A stretch of DNA of 63,009 nt, filler included. It is 7 parts of 7 records of this genome, joined end to end, with 100 filler letters (N's around TTAATTAATTAA, not from the genome) between each part and the next. Parts side by side here need not be neighbours in the genome. Positions count along the whole stretch, not along the records: positions 1 to 11,150 come from SRR31156797_23471; 6 more parts are not named here. One strand, given 5' to 3'. Position 1 is the stretch's first letter; every line of letters begins with the position of its first letter. The notes beneath the pieces were generated by a model, which saw nothing but the letters and a program-made list of their open reading frames with translations, searched no databases and had not been told where the DNA came from. The translations under genes and the position numbers were made by a program. Shown piece by piece: positions 1 to 10,227 of this stretch.

Positions 1-750
1 ATCGAAAGTGAACTGCGTATCGCCCATGACATCCAGATGAGTCTTGTGCCGCAGGTGTTTCCAGCGTTTCCGGATCGTAACGAATTTGAAATTTTCGGAC
101 TGATCGATCCGGCCAGGGAGGTCGGCGGCGATCTGTATGACTTTTTTTTCATAGACAATGATCATCTACTATTCGTCATCGGGGATGTCTCCGATAAAGG
201 CGTTCCAGCCGCACTGTTGATGGCGAGAACCAAAACCCTGATCAAGTCGGCCGCCGCCGGTGTTTTGCCTCCAGACCAAATACTAAGCCTGGCCAATCGT
301 GAATTTTGCGAAAACAACGACGCCATGATGTTTGTTACGGTTTTTCTCGGGATTATAAACCTGAAGGACGGCCGAATTATATACACGAACGCCGGGCATA
401 ATCCGCCGTTGATATGCGGAAGCGGACGCAACGCCGCTTTTTTGAAGAGCGCGCCGGCCGCTCCCCTGGGAATAGACGAAGATACGGTATACAAGACGAT
501 TGACTTTAAACTGGAAAAAGGCGAGCAGCTTTTCATGTATACCGACGGGGTTACGGAGGCGTTTAATAAGGAAGGCGTCATGTTTTCCGATGAAAAACTG
601 CGGACCCTGCTTTCTCAGCCTGATCAACTTTCTCCAAGAACGCAGGTTCAGGCTGTTTACGAACAGTTGAAAACATTTGCCGAAGGAGCTGAACAGACTG
701 ACGACATTACAATTCTGGCTTTGAAATATCTAGCCGCGGTTGAATCTTAA
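1..750 (+). CDS. PP2C-type SpoIIE/RsbU family Ser phosphatase, 5'-truncated
   Basis: Frame open from base 1 (IESELRIAHDIQM...); motifs EVGGDLYD, IGDVSDKGVPAAL, NAGHNPP, YTDGVTEA, DDIT. Confidence 0.95.
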   Translation: MESELRIAHDIQMSLVPQVFPAFPDRNEFEIFGLIDPAREVGGDLYDFFFIDNDHLLFVIGDVSDKGVPAALLMARTKTLIKSAAAGVLPPDQILSLANREFCENNDAMMFVTVFLGIINLKDGRIIYTNAGHNPPLICGSGRNAAFLKSAPAAPLGIDEDTVYKTIDFKLEKGEQLFMYTDGVTEAFNKEGVMFSDEKLRTLLSQPDQLSPRTQVQAVYEQLKTFAEGAEQTDDITILALKYLAAVES

Positions 751-751
751 T

Positions 752-1183
752 ATGGAAATAAAAATAGAAAACAGAATAAATGAAATACCTCGCCTGAATG
801 AGATGCTCGCTGATTATGCTGTAAGCAAAGGCATGTCCGAAGAACTGGTCTTTCAAATACGCCTGGCCTTGGAAGAAATGATCACGAATACAATAAAATA
901 TGGTTATGACGGGGAAGAAAAGCATATAATCAGTATTATAGTGGAAATTGACCAAAATAAATTGACAATTGAAGTATTGGACGACGCCAATCCTTTCAAT
1001 CCCATGGATCATGAATCCCGGGATCTTTCAGGCGATATGGAAGATTGGGATATTGGCGGACTGGGCATTCATATGGTCAAACAGCTTATGGATGATATTG
1101 AATACCGGCGTGAAGCGGGCGTAAACAAATTAAAATTAACGAAGAATATTATAAAAACATCGGAAGGCAAGGAGGAAACATGA
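752..1183 (+). CDS. RsbW-like anti-sigma factor Ser/Thr kinase (HATPase_c_2)
   Basis: LALEEMITNTIKYGY, DDANPFNP, IGGLGIHMVKQLMD; ATG at 752 preferred over TTG at 740. Confidence 0.92.
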   Translation: MEIKIENRINEIPRLNEMLADYAVSKGMSEELVFQIRLALEEMITNTIKYGYDGEEKHIISIIVEIDQNKLTIEVLDDANPFNPMDHESRDLSGDMEDWDIGGLGIHMVKQLMDDIEYRREAGVNKLKLTKNIIKTSEGKEET

Positions 1184-1554
1184 AATTAACCGTGAAATCA
1201 GAGAAAAAAACGGCGAACGCATACGTGGTGTTTCCCGAAGGTTCTCTGGACGCAAACACCTTCCCGTTATTTGATGATAAAACCGAAAAAGTATTAGAGG
1301 AAAATCCACAGGTCGTCGTCCTCGACCTTGAAAAACTTGAATACCTCAGCAGCGCAGGCATAAGGTCGATTCTGAAATTTAAAAAAGCCCTGAAAGCCAG
1401 GGGCGGAAAGACGACATTCATCAACCTGCAGCCCCAGATTAAAAAGGTGTTTGAAATCATTAACGCCCTGCCTTCCATGCAGATTTTTTCAAATTTCGAG
1501 GAAATGGATGAGTACCTGGACAAAATGCAGAAAAAGATTGTCTCAGGAGAATAG
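1180..1554 (+). CDS. STAS-domain anti-sigma factor antagonist
   Basis: GSLDA...DLEKLEYLSSAGIR with the conserved phosphoacceptor Ser; GGAGG RBS; 4-nt overlap with the kinase gene. Confidence 0.92.
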   Translation: MKLTVKSEKKTANAYVVFPEGSLDANTFPLFDDKTEKVLEENPQVVVLDLEKLEYLSSAGIRSILKFKKALKARGGKTTFINLQPQIKKVFEIINALPSMQIFSNFEEMDEYLDKMQKKIVSGE

Positions 1555-1771
1555 AAGGGATTCGTTTATTAGCCGCAGGTCGAACATGATCCGGGAATCA
1601 GACAGGAGTAATAGTGAATAACGCTTGATTCCCGGATTATTTTAAGCCCTTCCGCTGACTGGCCGTTTTTCGAAGACGGCGCCAACCAGCAATATTTCTG
1701 CAAGCACGCCTGGCAAGATATTTACCCGACCGTAATGACTCTGGCCCAAAATGGGACTTGCAAGGCCCTGA

Positions 1772-3442
1772 TTAATTCGCCCAATAAACATATTCGGCGT
1801 TCGGGCCGACATTATCATCCAAGGTGTGATCTATCATCACCGGGGCTTCGAACAGAGCCGGCCAGATGGGTGTTTTCATCTGAGAATTGAAGTCGTTTAG
1901 AACTTCCATCAATTCTTTGACCTTAGCGGGATATTTATCAGCAAGGTTGACCTGTTCAGTCGGATCATCGGCCATATTAAACAACCATAACTTTTTTGGC
2001 CTTTCGGAAACCTGCAATTTCCAGTCTTCCACAATTACCACTTTGTAATGACCGGAACGCCAGAACAGCTTCTCATGGGGCCGGTCCTGCTTGTCGTCGG
2101 AAACAAACGGAATAAGGTTTACGCCGTCGATGACCCGGTCGTCCGGCAGAGACGCGCCAGCAGATGCAGCGGCCGTGGCAAATATATCAGTCTGCGCGAC
2201 CGGTTTCTTATAGGTTTTACCCGCAGGAAGCCCCGCCGGCCATTTGGCGAAAAACGGCACATGGATTCCGCCTTCGAAAAAGCTGGCCTTCCAGCCTCGA
2301 AACGGTTTATTGATGTTGGGGAGCCCGATGTAATTCGCACCGCCGTTGTCGCTGGTGAAAAAGACCATTGTATTGTTTTCCAGGCCATTTTTTTTAAGGG
2401 TTTCAAGGACCTGCCCCACGCCGCGATCAACAGCCCGGATCATGGCGCCATAGACCCGCTCAGTATGGTCGGTTATCCCGGACAAGGCGTTATAATCCTC
2501 TTTGGTCGCCTGGAGCGGCGTGTGCGGGGCATTGTAGGCCAGGTAAAGGAAAAAGGGCCGATTTTTGTTTTTTTCAATCACTTCAACTGCCTGGTCGGAA
2601 AAGTAGTCGGTCAGGTATTTGTCGGGTCTAAACCTCTTTCCTTTGTCCTCCCTCACATAGTACTGAAGATTATTCCAGAGAAAGACGTCAATCGGGTCGA
2701 ATTCCTGAATGGAATTGACAACATTGGGGTCGTCAATGGGCAGGAACAACGAGGCGCCGGGATAAAAGCCGACAAATTCATCAAAGCCCTGTTCAGTGGG
2801 ACGCATGCCCTCTTCGCCGCCCAGGTGCCATTTTCCTATCATGGCCGTATGATAGCCCTGCTTTTTAAGAAGCTCGGCCAAAGTAATCTCATCGCCGGGG
2901 ATGCCCAAACTATCCATGCCGGTATGGTCTTTTTCCCGTTCCTTGAAGTACTGCGCCTTGGGATAATATGGTCCCCGATCATATTCGAATCCGGCCACGA
3001 GACGGGAAAAGGCTACAGGCGTCGGCGTGAATTCGAATCCAAAGCGGGTGGCAATTCTGCCTGTCAACAACGAAGCCCTGGACGGCGCACACGTGCCGCA
3101 ACCGGAATACCCGTTGGCAAAGCAAACCCCGCCTTGAGCTATGGAATCTATATTGGGCGTGCCCACGGCGCCGTTTCCCACTCCGCCTCCGCCATAGGTA
3201 AGATCATTGAAACCCAGGTCGTCGACCATGATGACAATTATATTCGGCGGGCGTTCATCAGGGGGTTCGGCAGCCTCGGCGAGCCCCTGCTCCCACTCCA
3301 TCGGCCTGTTTTCGGCAATGGGGTCTGTTATAAGTAGGATATGCATTGGATGTTTCTTAATATACCTAAAAGCCATCCAGCCGCCGATCAACAGGACGCA
3401 GAGAGAGACAATCAAACCGATTTTCCACTTTTTCATTTTCAT
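1772..3442 (-). CDS. Formylglycine-dependent sulfatase with N-terminal membrane anchor or signal
   Basis: PNIIVIMVDDLG, CAPSRASLLTGR (CxPxR), GKWHLG, YNAPHTPLQ, SDNG; ATG at 3442 follows GAAGGAG. Confidence 0.95.
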   Translation of the reverse strand: MKMKKWKIGLIVSLCVLLIGGWMAFRYIKKHPMHILLITDPIAENRPMEWEQGLAEAAEPPDERPPNIIVIMVDDLGFNDLTYGGGGVGNGAVGTPNIDSIAQGGVCFANGYSGCGTCAPSRASLLTGRIATRFGFEFTPTPVAFSRLVAGFEYDRGPYYPKAQYFKEREKDHTGMDSLGIPGDEITLAELLKKQGYHTAMIGKWHLGGEEGMRPTEQGFDEFVGFYPGASLFLPIDDPNVVNSIQEFDPIDVFLWNNLQYYVREDKGKRFRPDKYLTDYFSDQAVEVIEKNKNRPFFLYLAYNAPHTPLQATKEDYNALSGITDHTERVYGAMIRAVDRGVGQVLETLKKNGLENNTMVFFTSDNGGANYIGLPNINKPFRGWKASFFEGGIHVPFFAKWPAGLPAGKTYKKPVAQTDIFATAAASAGASLPDDRVIDGVNLIPFVSDDKQDRPHEKLFWRSGHYKVVIVEDWKLQVSERPKKLWLFNMADDPTEQVNLADKYPAKVKELMEVLNDFNSQMKTPIWPALFEAPVMIDHTLDDNVGPNAEYVYWAN

Positions 3443-3578
3443 GCCAAGCTCCTTCAATTCAGTTTGCGGTTCAGTGAATATGGAATATGCGCATTAATTA
3501 TATGGCCTGATGGGCGTGTCGCCGCTTCAAATAGAGGGCTTTTTTTGTAAATTTGCCCGGTTTGGATGAAGAAATATT

Positions 3579-3604
3579 GGGCGCCCACAGTGGAGCGCCC
3601 CTAC
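3579..3604 (-). repeat. GTAG-type REP-like palindrome
   Basis: Minus strand GTAG-GGGCGC-TCCACTGTGG-GCGCCC; intergenic; single copy in window. Confidence 0.55.
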
Positions 3605-3804
3605 TGTAGTTCGGTTTATAGCAAAATTAAAAAGCGGCCCCGGCCCTTGCCATATAAATTAGGATTATTGTTATCGAGTAAACAGGGATTTATTATTCCA
3701 TTTAGACCCAATTAGCGTATCCGGTCTATTTTGTCAAACTTTATTTCACTTGGTGCACTTCTGGAATTTAATCGGGTTGTCCAGAGGATGTTTTTTGTAA
3801 TCAC

Positions 3805-3837
3805 AAAAAAAGAGGCGGTGTCAACCTACCGCCTCTT
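3805..3837 (-). terminator. Intrinsic terminator of the USP gene
   Basis: AGAGGCGGT/ACCGCCTCT stem followed by a U-run on the minus strand. Confidence 0.8.
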
Positions 3838-3882
3838 CCTGATATGATAAATATTTTGTATTTATGTAGTAGTTTATTCCGC

Positions 3883-4884
3883 TTAATTCACCAACCAGAC
3901 CGCGATATCGTCCGCCCGGCGAATAACCCTGTCCGACGTTGTGCCCAAAAACGCCGATTTACCCATGCCCCTTCTGCCGAGGACTATTGTGCCGTAACCG
4001 CCTTCCTTGGCGGCCTTGACAATTGTTCTGGCTATGCCCAGGCTTATTTCACGCTGTTCCACTTTTATGCGGTCGCTGGAAAAACCGGCATTTTTCATTA
4101 TCCTGATTGCTTTTTCAAAAAAGTCGTCCATGCAGATGCTGTCGTTTCTTCTGAATTCTTCTTCCATGTCTCCCAATTCATCTTCATTTAAATCCCAATA
4201 GCCGCTGTCTTCCTCCAGGTTGATTGAGCAAAAATTCTGAAGTTTCGGGGTTATGTGAAGAAAATCGACAAAGGCTTCCGGATTATGGCCGAGAATAAAA
4301 GCAACATGGTCAACCGCACGCAAGCTTGCTTCCGATCCGTCAATCGCAACCAGGACCTTGGGTTTCTTGACCTTGCCGTCAATAATCCACAAAGGCACAT
4401 TGGCGGCATGTTGAATAACCTGGTTGGAAACAGATCCCATAAACACTTCCTGGGCCCTGGTCAATCCCCTTCTTCCCAGAATCAACGAATCAAAATGGCC
4501 GAGTTCGGCCTGGTTAACCAGATCCTTGGCCAACCCGTTCATCCTGCTGACAAGCCGGACCTCGATTCTATCGGGTGAAATGTTTTTTTCCACCAGGTAA
4601 TCCCGCGCCTTATCCAATATTTCACGGCCTTTTTTCTTATTGACCTGTTCCAGCTTTCTCAACCGGGCCAACATGGCCCCGTCCGTTTTGGCTTCGGCTT
4701 TGTAAAGAGGCGGAGTCTGAGGCATTACGGTCATAAGAACCATTTTCAGGTCGGTTACAATTCCGGTCAGACCGACCGCATATTCGAGCGCCTGGGTGGA
4801 AGATTTTGAACCATCCAGAGCAATCAGTACGCAAGGGCTTGGTTTTTCCTTTATTAAATCATTATTGGCCATTTTATCCCTCAT
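3883..4884 (-). CDS. Tandem-domain universal stress protein
   Basis: Two Usp domains, each with LxAxDGS and LGRRG...GSVS/GTTS motifs. Confidence 0.93.
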   Translation of the reverse strand: MRDKMANNDLIKEKPSPCVLIALDGSKSSTQALEYAVGLTGIVTDLKMVLMTVMPQTPPLYKAEAKTDGAMLARLRKLEQVNKKKGREILDKARDYLVEKNISPDRIEVRLVSRMNGLAKDLVNQAELGHFDSLILGRRGLTRAQEVFMGSVSNQVIQHAANVPLWIIDGKVKKPKVLVAIDGSEASLRAVDHVAFILGHNPEAFVDFLHITPKLQNFCSINLEEDSGYWDLNEDELGDMEEEFRRNDSICMDDFFEKAIRIMKNAGFSSDRIKVEQREISLGIARTIVKAAKEGGYGTIVLGRRGMGKSAFLGTTSDRVIRRADDIAVWLVN

Positions 4885-4972
4885 AATTCATAATAAAACC
4901 GCAAATTAGCAGATCATCAGTTGACAGTCGCCCGAATCCGTCAGGCGCCTTTTTAAGAACACGACTCCGAAT

Positions 4973-6142
4973 TCAATTATAGAGCAAGTATTTCTCTCTT
5001 TCCATAGTGAATTTTCCCAGTTCGTCTTTCCATTTCTCAGCTATCCCGGCCATGGGGCGTCCTTGTTCCAGTTCCTCCCTGATCGTCCGGTCCCCCAATA
5101 TCAGGTCTATGGGCATTCGTTCATATTCATATTCGTATGGCGGGTTCTTCCATTCAAACTCATCCGGATAATGCCTGAGTATAATCTCCAGGAAACTCAG
5201 GGATGTCAAATAAGGCTTATATTCCTTTCTGTTTACGGGATGTATTTCCAGGCCCCCGCATACCTGCCCCGCGAATTTATGAAAGGTGGGCTCAAAATAT
5301 GCGATCCGGAAATATGCGCCGGGCAAATCTAGTTTTTCGATTTCAGACTTTAAAAGACGGGGATCGATAAACGGCGCCCCGAACAGGTGAAACGGTTTTG
5401 TGGTTCCTCTGGCTTCGGAAATATTGGTTCCTTCCCAGAGCACCTGGCCGGGATATATCCAGGCCGTAACCGGATCGGGCATGTTCGGCGAAGGCATCAC
5501 CCAAGGCAGGCCGGTGTCCTGAAAATGCATATCCCTGGTCCAGCCTTCAGCCTTAACCACTTCGAGATCCGGTTTGACCTCGAATTTATCCGCCATAAAA
5601 AGGGCCAGTTCTCCCATGGTCAGGCCGTGACGCATGGGTGTGGGAAAAAGGCCTACAAAGGATCTGCAATCCGGTTTGAGTATATTGCCTTCCACTTCCC
5701 TTCCGCCGATGGGATTGGGCCTGTCCAGAACGATTACCTTTATCCCGGCCGCGGCCGCTTCTTCCAGACAATAGGCCATGGTCTGAGCGAAAGTATATAT
5801 GCGCGAGCCTATATCCACCAAATCCACTAGCAGAACGTCCAAGCCCTCCAGCATTTCCTGATCGGGCCGCCTCGTTTCACCGTAAAGGCTGAAAATCCGC
5901 CGTCTTCCGCTCTTCTCAACGTCATGATCGGATTCGATCATGTTATCCTGTTTTTCACCCGCAAATCCGTGCTGCGGCCCGAATACCGTTTTGAGGCGGC
6001 CGGGGAAAGCCATGTCGATCAGTGTTATGGCGTGCTCATAATCCGGCCCGATGGAAGCCTGGTTGGCCAGGAGTCCGAAATTAGCCTTTTTCAGGCTTTG
6101 AGGCGGCGACGATGTAAATACTTCCAGTCCTGTTTTAACCAT
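4973..6142 (-). CDS. namZ: Exo-beta-N-acetylmuramidase NamZ family (DUF1343)
   Basis: GPQHGFAG, DLVDIGSRIYTF, VLDRPNPIGG, RHGLTMGELA, WVMPSPNMP, EGTNISEARGT. Confidence 0.9.
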   Translation of the reverse strand: MVKTGLEVFTSSPPQSLKKANFGLLANQASIGPDYEHAITLIDMAFPGRLKTVFGPQHGFAGEKQDNMIESDHDVEKSGRRRIFSLYGETRRPDQEMLEGLDVLLVDLVDIGSRIYTFAQTMAYCLEEAAAAGIKVIVLDRPNPIGGREVEGNILKPDCRSFVGLFPTPMRHGLTMGELALFMADKFEVKPDLEVVKAEGWTRDMHFQDTGLPWVMPSPNMPDPVTAWIYPGQVLWEGTNISEARGTTKPFHLFGAPFIDPRLLKSEIEKLDLPGAYFRIAYFEPTFHKFAGQVCGGLEIHPVNRKEYKPYLTSLSFLEIILRHYPDEFEWKNPPYEYEYERMPIDLILGDRTIREELEQGRPMAGIAEKWKDELGKFTMEREKYLLYN

Positions 6143-6196
6143 TGTATGTTGCGTTCTCCTTCAAATTCCGAAATTTTATGAGCTTCGACCGACAAT

Positions 6197-7021
6197 TCAC
6201 GATTCGCAGGGCTGGCATGCCGGGCAAAAATGAGTGCCTCTGCCGCCTATGACATCCCTTTCCAATGTTTCGCCGCACCTGGGGCAGCAATCGCCCTTTT
6301 TCCCATACACCTGGTGTCTTTTCTGATATTCCCCGCCGCTGCCGCTCAAGCTGACGTAATTATCCGTGGTGGAACCTTTGGAATTGATTGCGTCCGTTAG
6401 TATCCGCACCATTTCCCGATGCAATAGGCCGGCTTGTTCCGGGCTGACTTTTTCAGCCGAACTGCATGGATGAATGCCGGCGGCAAAAAGGGATTCATCC
6501 ACGTAAATGTTGCCAAGCCCGCTGATAAAGCCTTGATTCAACAACAGCGGTTTTATCCTGCCTCTTCTGTTTGTTAGCATTGCTATAAAATCATCGTCCG
6601 ATAGCTGGAAAGGATCCGGCCCAATGGTCTGTGAGGCCAGCCATTCGGAATATTCATCCTGGTTTAATCCCAGTAAATAGCCGAACTGCCTCATGTCTCG
6701 ATAGAGAAGCAGCTTTCCGTCTTCGAAATATATCCCCACATGCACATGCCGGGGCCATTCTTCGGAAGGATTTCCCCACAAAAACTGGCCGGTCATTTTG
6801 AGGTGAACAACTATATATTTATTATTGGTAAGTGAAATTACAATAAATTTGCCTCTCCTGGAAACATTTTCCACAATCTCGTTTTTAACCAGGTTTTGCA
6901 AACGACGCGGACCGGTCCGGACTATTTTGTTTAACCTGACCTTTACGTTCTTGATTCGGCGCATGGCAATCTGGCTATGCAATTCCCTGACAATGGTTTC
7001 GACTTCCGGCAACTCGGGCAC
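6197..7021 (-). CDS. mutM: Formamidopyrimidine-DNA glycosylase / AP lyase
   Basis: N-terminal PELPEVE, H2TH motif GLGNIYVDESLF, C-terminal zinc finger CPRC...CPACQ. Confidence 0.97.
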   Translation of the reverse strand: MPELPEVETIVRELHSQIAMRRIKNVKVRLNKIVRTGPRRLQNLVKNEIVENVSRRGKFIVISLTNNKYIVVHLKMTGQFLWGNPSEEWPRHVHVGIYFEDGKLLLYRDMRQFGYLLGLNQDEYSEWLASQTIGPDPFQLSDDDFIAMLTNRRGRIKPLLLNQGFISGLGNIYVDESLFAAGIHPCSSAEKVSPEQAGLLHREMVRILTDAINSKGSTTDNYVSLSGSGGEYQKRHQVYGKKGDCCPRCGETLERDVIGGRGTHFCPACQPCES

Positions 7022-7713
7022 AGAAACAACTCCTTTGCTGTTGCAGCATAAATTTCAATAAGCCGCCCCGTCGGGTGAGGCTTTTTCCGGAATAATGGTT
7101 CACCTACACTTTAGAGGCGATATATACTATAGGCCCAACAAGGCGTTCAAACAAGTCTTCAATAATCTTACCGGCGCTGTTTCGAAGCAAAATGATGCCA
7201 CTAAAATTTCAACCCTTTTTGACATCAGTCGGATATTATCAAATTTATGGGGCATAATATATGGGGGCGTCTTTGATCAACTGATTTTCTAGGGATCTGT
7301 ATATTAATTGATCTTTAGTATGGGACGTGGCAATTTCTTTCTATTTCCAGATAGACAGATCAGCTTTTACATCCCGCAATATATTATTGATGCCGATACA
7401 TGGGAGTAAGGCTGGCCTTGGTATTTACATTTTAATTCAAATAAAAAACGGCACTTGGGTATGCCTGAGGGTATGGTTTCTACTTGACTGAGTTCCCGAA
7501 TATTGAATACTATGGACATATTAAAAAAGTCGGCGTTTTAGAGAAATTGGCGAGTAATGACCTTTGGAGGATAGATCTCCCCTAAACCGGGTCAATTATC
7601 CTTCAAAAAGGTAAGTAGACTGATTCAGGAGCCTTTAAATAAGGCCATAGTGGCAATTTACGCCTAATTTCAATCAATACTAATCGGGGCACAGGCATTG
7701 GAGGTGCTTTAGT

Positions 7714-9342
7714 ATGAGCGAATCCTACGAACTGCAAACACGGACCATAGAAGTTGAAGGCGAATCACTTGAGGAGGCGCTACAGAAACTTGAAATGGAA
7801 GTACCGCAGGGCTGGCGTGTTTTGTCCAATAAAATCATCTCGGAACCGGTTGTTTATAACACCGTTGTCCAAGCCAATGATGAGGAATCAGCCAAGGAGC
7901 TAGCGGTAAAAGAGTTCAGTGTTCCTACATTAGTAAAAAGTATTCGACTACAGGAGAAGGGTAAGAAAGGCTTTCTGGGGATAGGTAAAAAACTAAGTTC
8001 TTGGGAACTAGAATTAATCCCGGCCGACAAGATGAAAGCCATAATCAGAGTTGAATTATATCTTGAGTGGGAGCCCGAGTTCATATTGGTCCCCGAGAAC
8101 ATGACGGAGCCGGATATGAACAAATGGATGGCAACTCATAATATTCCTTTTCGATTGGAGGATATGCCGGTATTTCTATGTTCCAGCAAGCCGGAGTTCT
8201 TCCGTGTCGGTGAAAGAACTGCCCCGCCCCAAAGTATGTTGTTAACAGGAGAGGGTGAAGAGCTGTTTTATAAGGACGCAGACGAAAGAGAGTGGCTCAT
8301 CAGGCAACCGCTGATTCAAAGAATAAGGCACACATTCGGACTCCATCCATTGGCGAACTTCACCCGATCCGGCTTTTCATATGCTTATGCTGATTCAAGT
8401 TCCACGGACTTTGCATACGGATGTAAAGTATTTCGCGACAGCTTGATGGATGCGGACAAAATCGTAGTCTATGAAGACTTGCCATGCGTCATATTTCATA
8501 CAAGAACGCAGAAAAATGAATACTGGGACAATTACGTCATGTGCTTCCGGGATAACGATACTTCCTGTGTGGTTAGAAAGGTCTCGTTCAGGTGTGATGT
8601 CGAGGAGACCGCCCGTCGAAGAAGTGCTGCCGAGCTTGCGGAACGAGCAAGGGAAGATGAGCAACTTTCAAATGGCGCCACATTTATATTACAGGATTCC
8701 CGATCAGGTATAGCCGTTCGCGAGCGAGCTTTTAGCGCCCTCCTTTCCAATGAAGAGGCATCAGCGCCGGGTCTGATTGAACTGCTGGAAGACTCGGATA
8801 CATTGGTTAAATGGCCGTTGGTTGCCCTCTTGATCAGGGACGGTGAAAGGGCTTACGGAGCAATAAAAAATGCAGCGGACTTGAGCTCCCGCGCTTGCCT
8901 TTCAGATGCAGCCCGTATTCTCGAGTTCGCCGCCAAAGTTGAGGTTGAAGAACCAACCATATTAGAGTACCAGCGTGAGGTCATTGAACATACTATGGGC
9001 CAAGAGGGATACGCTTTGTGCTTTCACAATGAACAGAGCGCAATAACCGCTTTTCGTGTGCTTGCAGGTCTTTGTTTTGCCGCGAAAGAAATCGAGATGG
9101 AACCTCATGCGTTTAGTGTCGTACTTACCAAGAGCAATGCACTGTATCCTTATATCCTGGTAGTGCTAACAAGTGCGGATCAGATGATTGACGGTTATTA
9201 CTCAAGTATCGTCTGCGGACGCAGCTTCTCCACTATCTATCAGTATGTCAAAGGCGAGGAACTTGAAACAATGAGGGCTCAAAAAGCACATGCCTACTTC
9301 AAGAACGATGTGGATTATGCTCTTGGGTATGTCATGTTCTGA
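7714..9342 (+). CDS. Hypothetical protein with Jag_N-like N-terminus and a HEAT-like helical segment
   Basis: 542-aa ORF with GGAGGT RBS; EVEGESLEEAL and EKGKKGFLGIGKK resemble Jag_N; remainder not recognised. Confidence 0.7.
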   Translation: MSESYELQTRTIEVEGESLEEALQKLEMEVPQGWRVLSNKIISEPVVYNTVVQANDEESAKELAVKEFSVPTLVKSIRLQEKGKKGFLGIGKKLSSWELELIPADKMKAIIRVELYLEWEPEFILVPENMTEPDMNKWMATHNIPFRLEDMPVFLCSSKPEFFRVGERTAPPQSMLLTGEGEELFYKDADEREWLIRQPLIQRIRHTFGLHPLANFTRSGFSYAYADSSSTDFAYGCKVFRDSLMDADKIVVYEDLPCVIFHTRTQKNEYWDNYVMCFRDNDTSCVVRKVSFRCDVEETARRRSAAELAERAREDEQLSNGATFILQDSRSGIAVRERAFSALLSNEEASAPGLIELLEDSDTLVKWPLVALLIRDGERAYGAIKNAADLSSRACLSDAARILEFAAKVEVEEPTILEYQREVIEHTMGQEGYALCFHNEQSAITAFRVLAGLCFAAKEIEMEPHAFSVVLTKSNALYPYILVVLTSADQMIDGYYSSIVCGRSFSTIYQYVKGEELETMRAQKAHAYFKNDVDYALGYVMF

Positions 9343-9355
9343 GTAAAAAGGAGAG

Positions 9356-9396
9356 TTTCCCCTGGTTCCAAGCTCCAGTTTTGGATCCAGGGGAAA
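9356..9396. terminator. Long hairpin after the orphan gene (terminator or REP-like)
   Basis: TTTCCCCTGG-T-TCCAA...TTGGA-T-CCAGGGGAAA. Confidence 0.55.
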
Positions 9397-9812
9397 AAGA
9401 ATAGTCACAAAATATTTACAGCTAAGTAGTGACTCACATTAATACTGAATTAATTTTTACCCCAGCCGTTACACCATGATTCTTTAGGACTCATAGCTGC
9501 CTTCGGCCTTCGCTAGACCCAGATGAACGGAGGTGACAAATGAAAAAAACGAATCTATTATCAAAACAAACGTAAATGAATTAAAAAGCGAACAAGACAA
9601 AACAATGTAACTGTCAAACATCAATAGATAAAACGGCTTTTGTTACGTATAGTTACTAACTTTATTGAATAAATAATTTGTTATATAATTCTGTAGCAAG
9701 GTTTAGGCCGCCGATAATAAAACCGTTCTACACGCCCGGGAATACCGCAATCAATCCCCCCATTCTTGGCTGCAATAGTCAACTAATTGTAATTTCTTGT
9801 TTTATATCATCA

Positions 9813-9841
9813 TTGATTACTCGCTTCCGGCCTGATATAAT
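9813..9841 (+). promoter_or_regulatory. Sigma70-like promoter of the FlgC-like gene
   Basis: TTGATT-N17-TATAAT ending 32 nt before the ATG. Confidence 0.6.
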
Positions 9842-9873
9842 AGAACCCAATAACAACGCCCGGGAGACTTTAT

Positions 9874-10227
9874 ATGATTATCAGCGGGCCGAATTTGACT
9901 GCTTTAAAAGCTTTTTCAACAAAGCTGCAGTCCACGTCCAACAATATAGCCAATTCCCTGACAGACGGGTATAAAGGGACAAGAGTTGAAATGGCAGAAC
10001 TTAAGGGCGGCGGCGTTTCAGCGACCGTGACCCGGGATTTAACTCCAGGCCCTACCCTGCCCCCGCGACAAGGGTCTCCCAATGAAGAGCCGCGCGAAGG
10101 TTCCAATGTGGATTTGGCCGGTGAAATGGTGAACCTGATTACAACTCAAAGGGCTTACCAGGCCAATGCCCGGACCATAGCCAGCCAGGAAGAGACTAAG
10201 GGCTCAATTCTAGACATAATTAAATAG
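9874..10227 (+). CDS. Short flagellar basal-body rod family protein (FlgC-like)
   Basis: SNNIANSLTDGYK N-terminal motif; SNVDLAGEMVNLITTQRAYQAN C-terminal motif. Confidence 0.88.
   Translation: MIISGPNLTALKAFSTKLQSTSNNIANSLTDGYKGTRVEMAELKGGGVSATVTRDLTPGPTLPPRQGSPNEEPREGSNVDLAGEMVNLITTQRAYQANARTIASQEETKGSILDIIK

Noticed and set aside
1-1554. SpoIIE-RsbW-STAS cluster as a novel system
   Set aside because: Well-known partner-switch module; the input domain is outside the window.
2048-3337. 429-aa plus-strand ORF antisense to the sulfatase
   Set aside because: Shadow frame of a GC-rich gene; no recognisable motifs, and the sulfatase is unambiguous.
7095-7292. 65-aa ORF upstream of mutM
   Set aside because: No RBS or motif; probably non-coding.
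9678-9974. 98-aa ORF and a GCCGATAA sigma28-like -10 at 9710-9717
   Set aside because: The ORF overlaps the FlgC-like gene out of frame; no TAAA -35 at the correct spacing.
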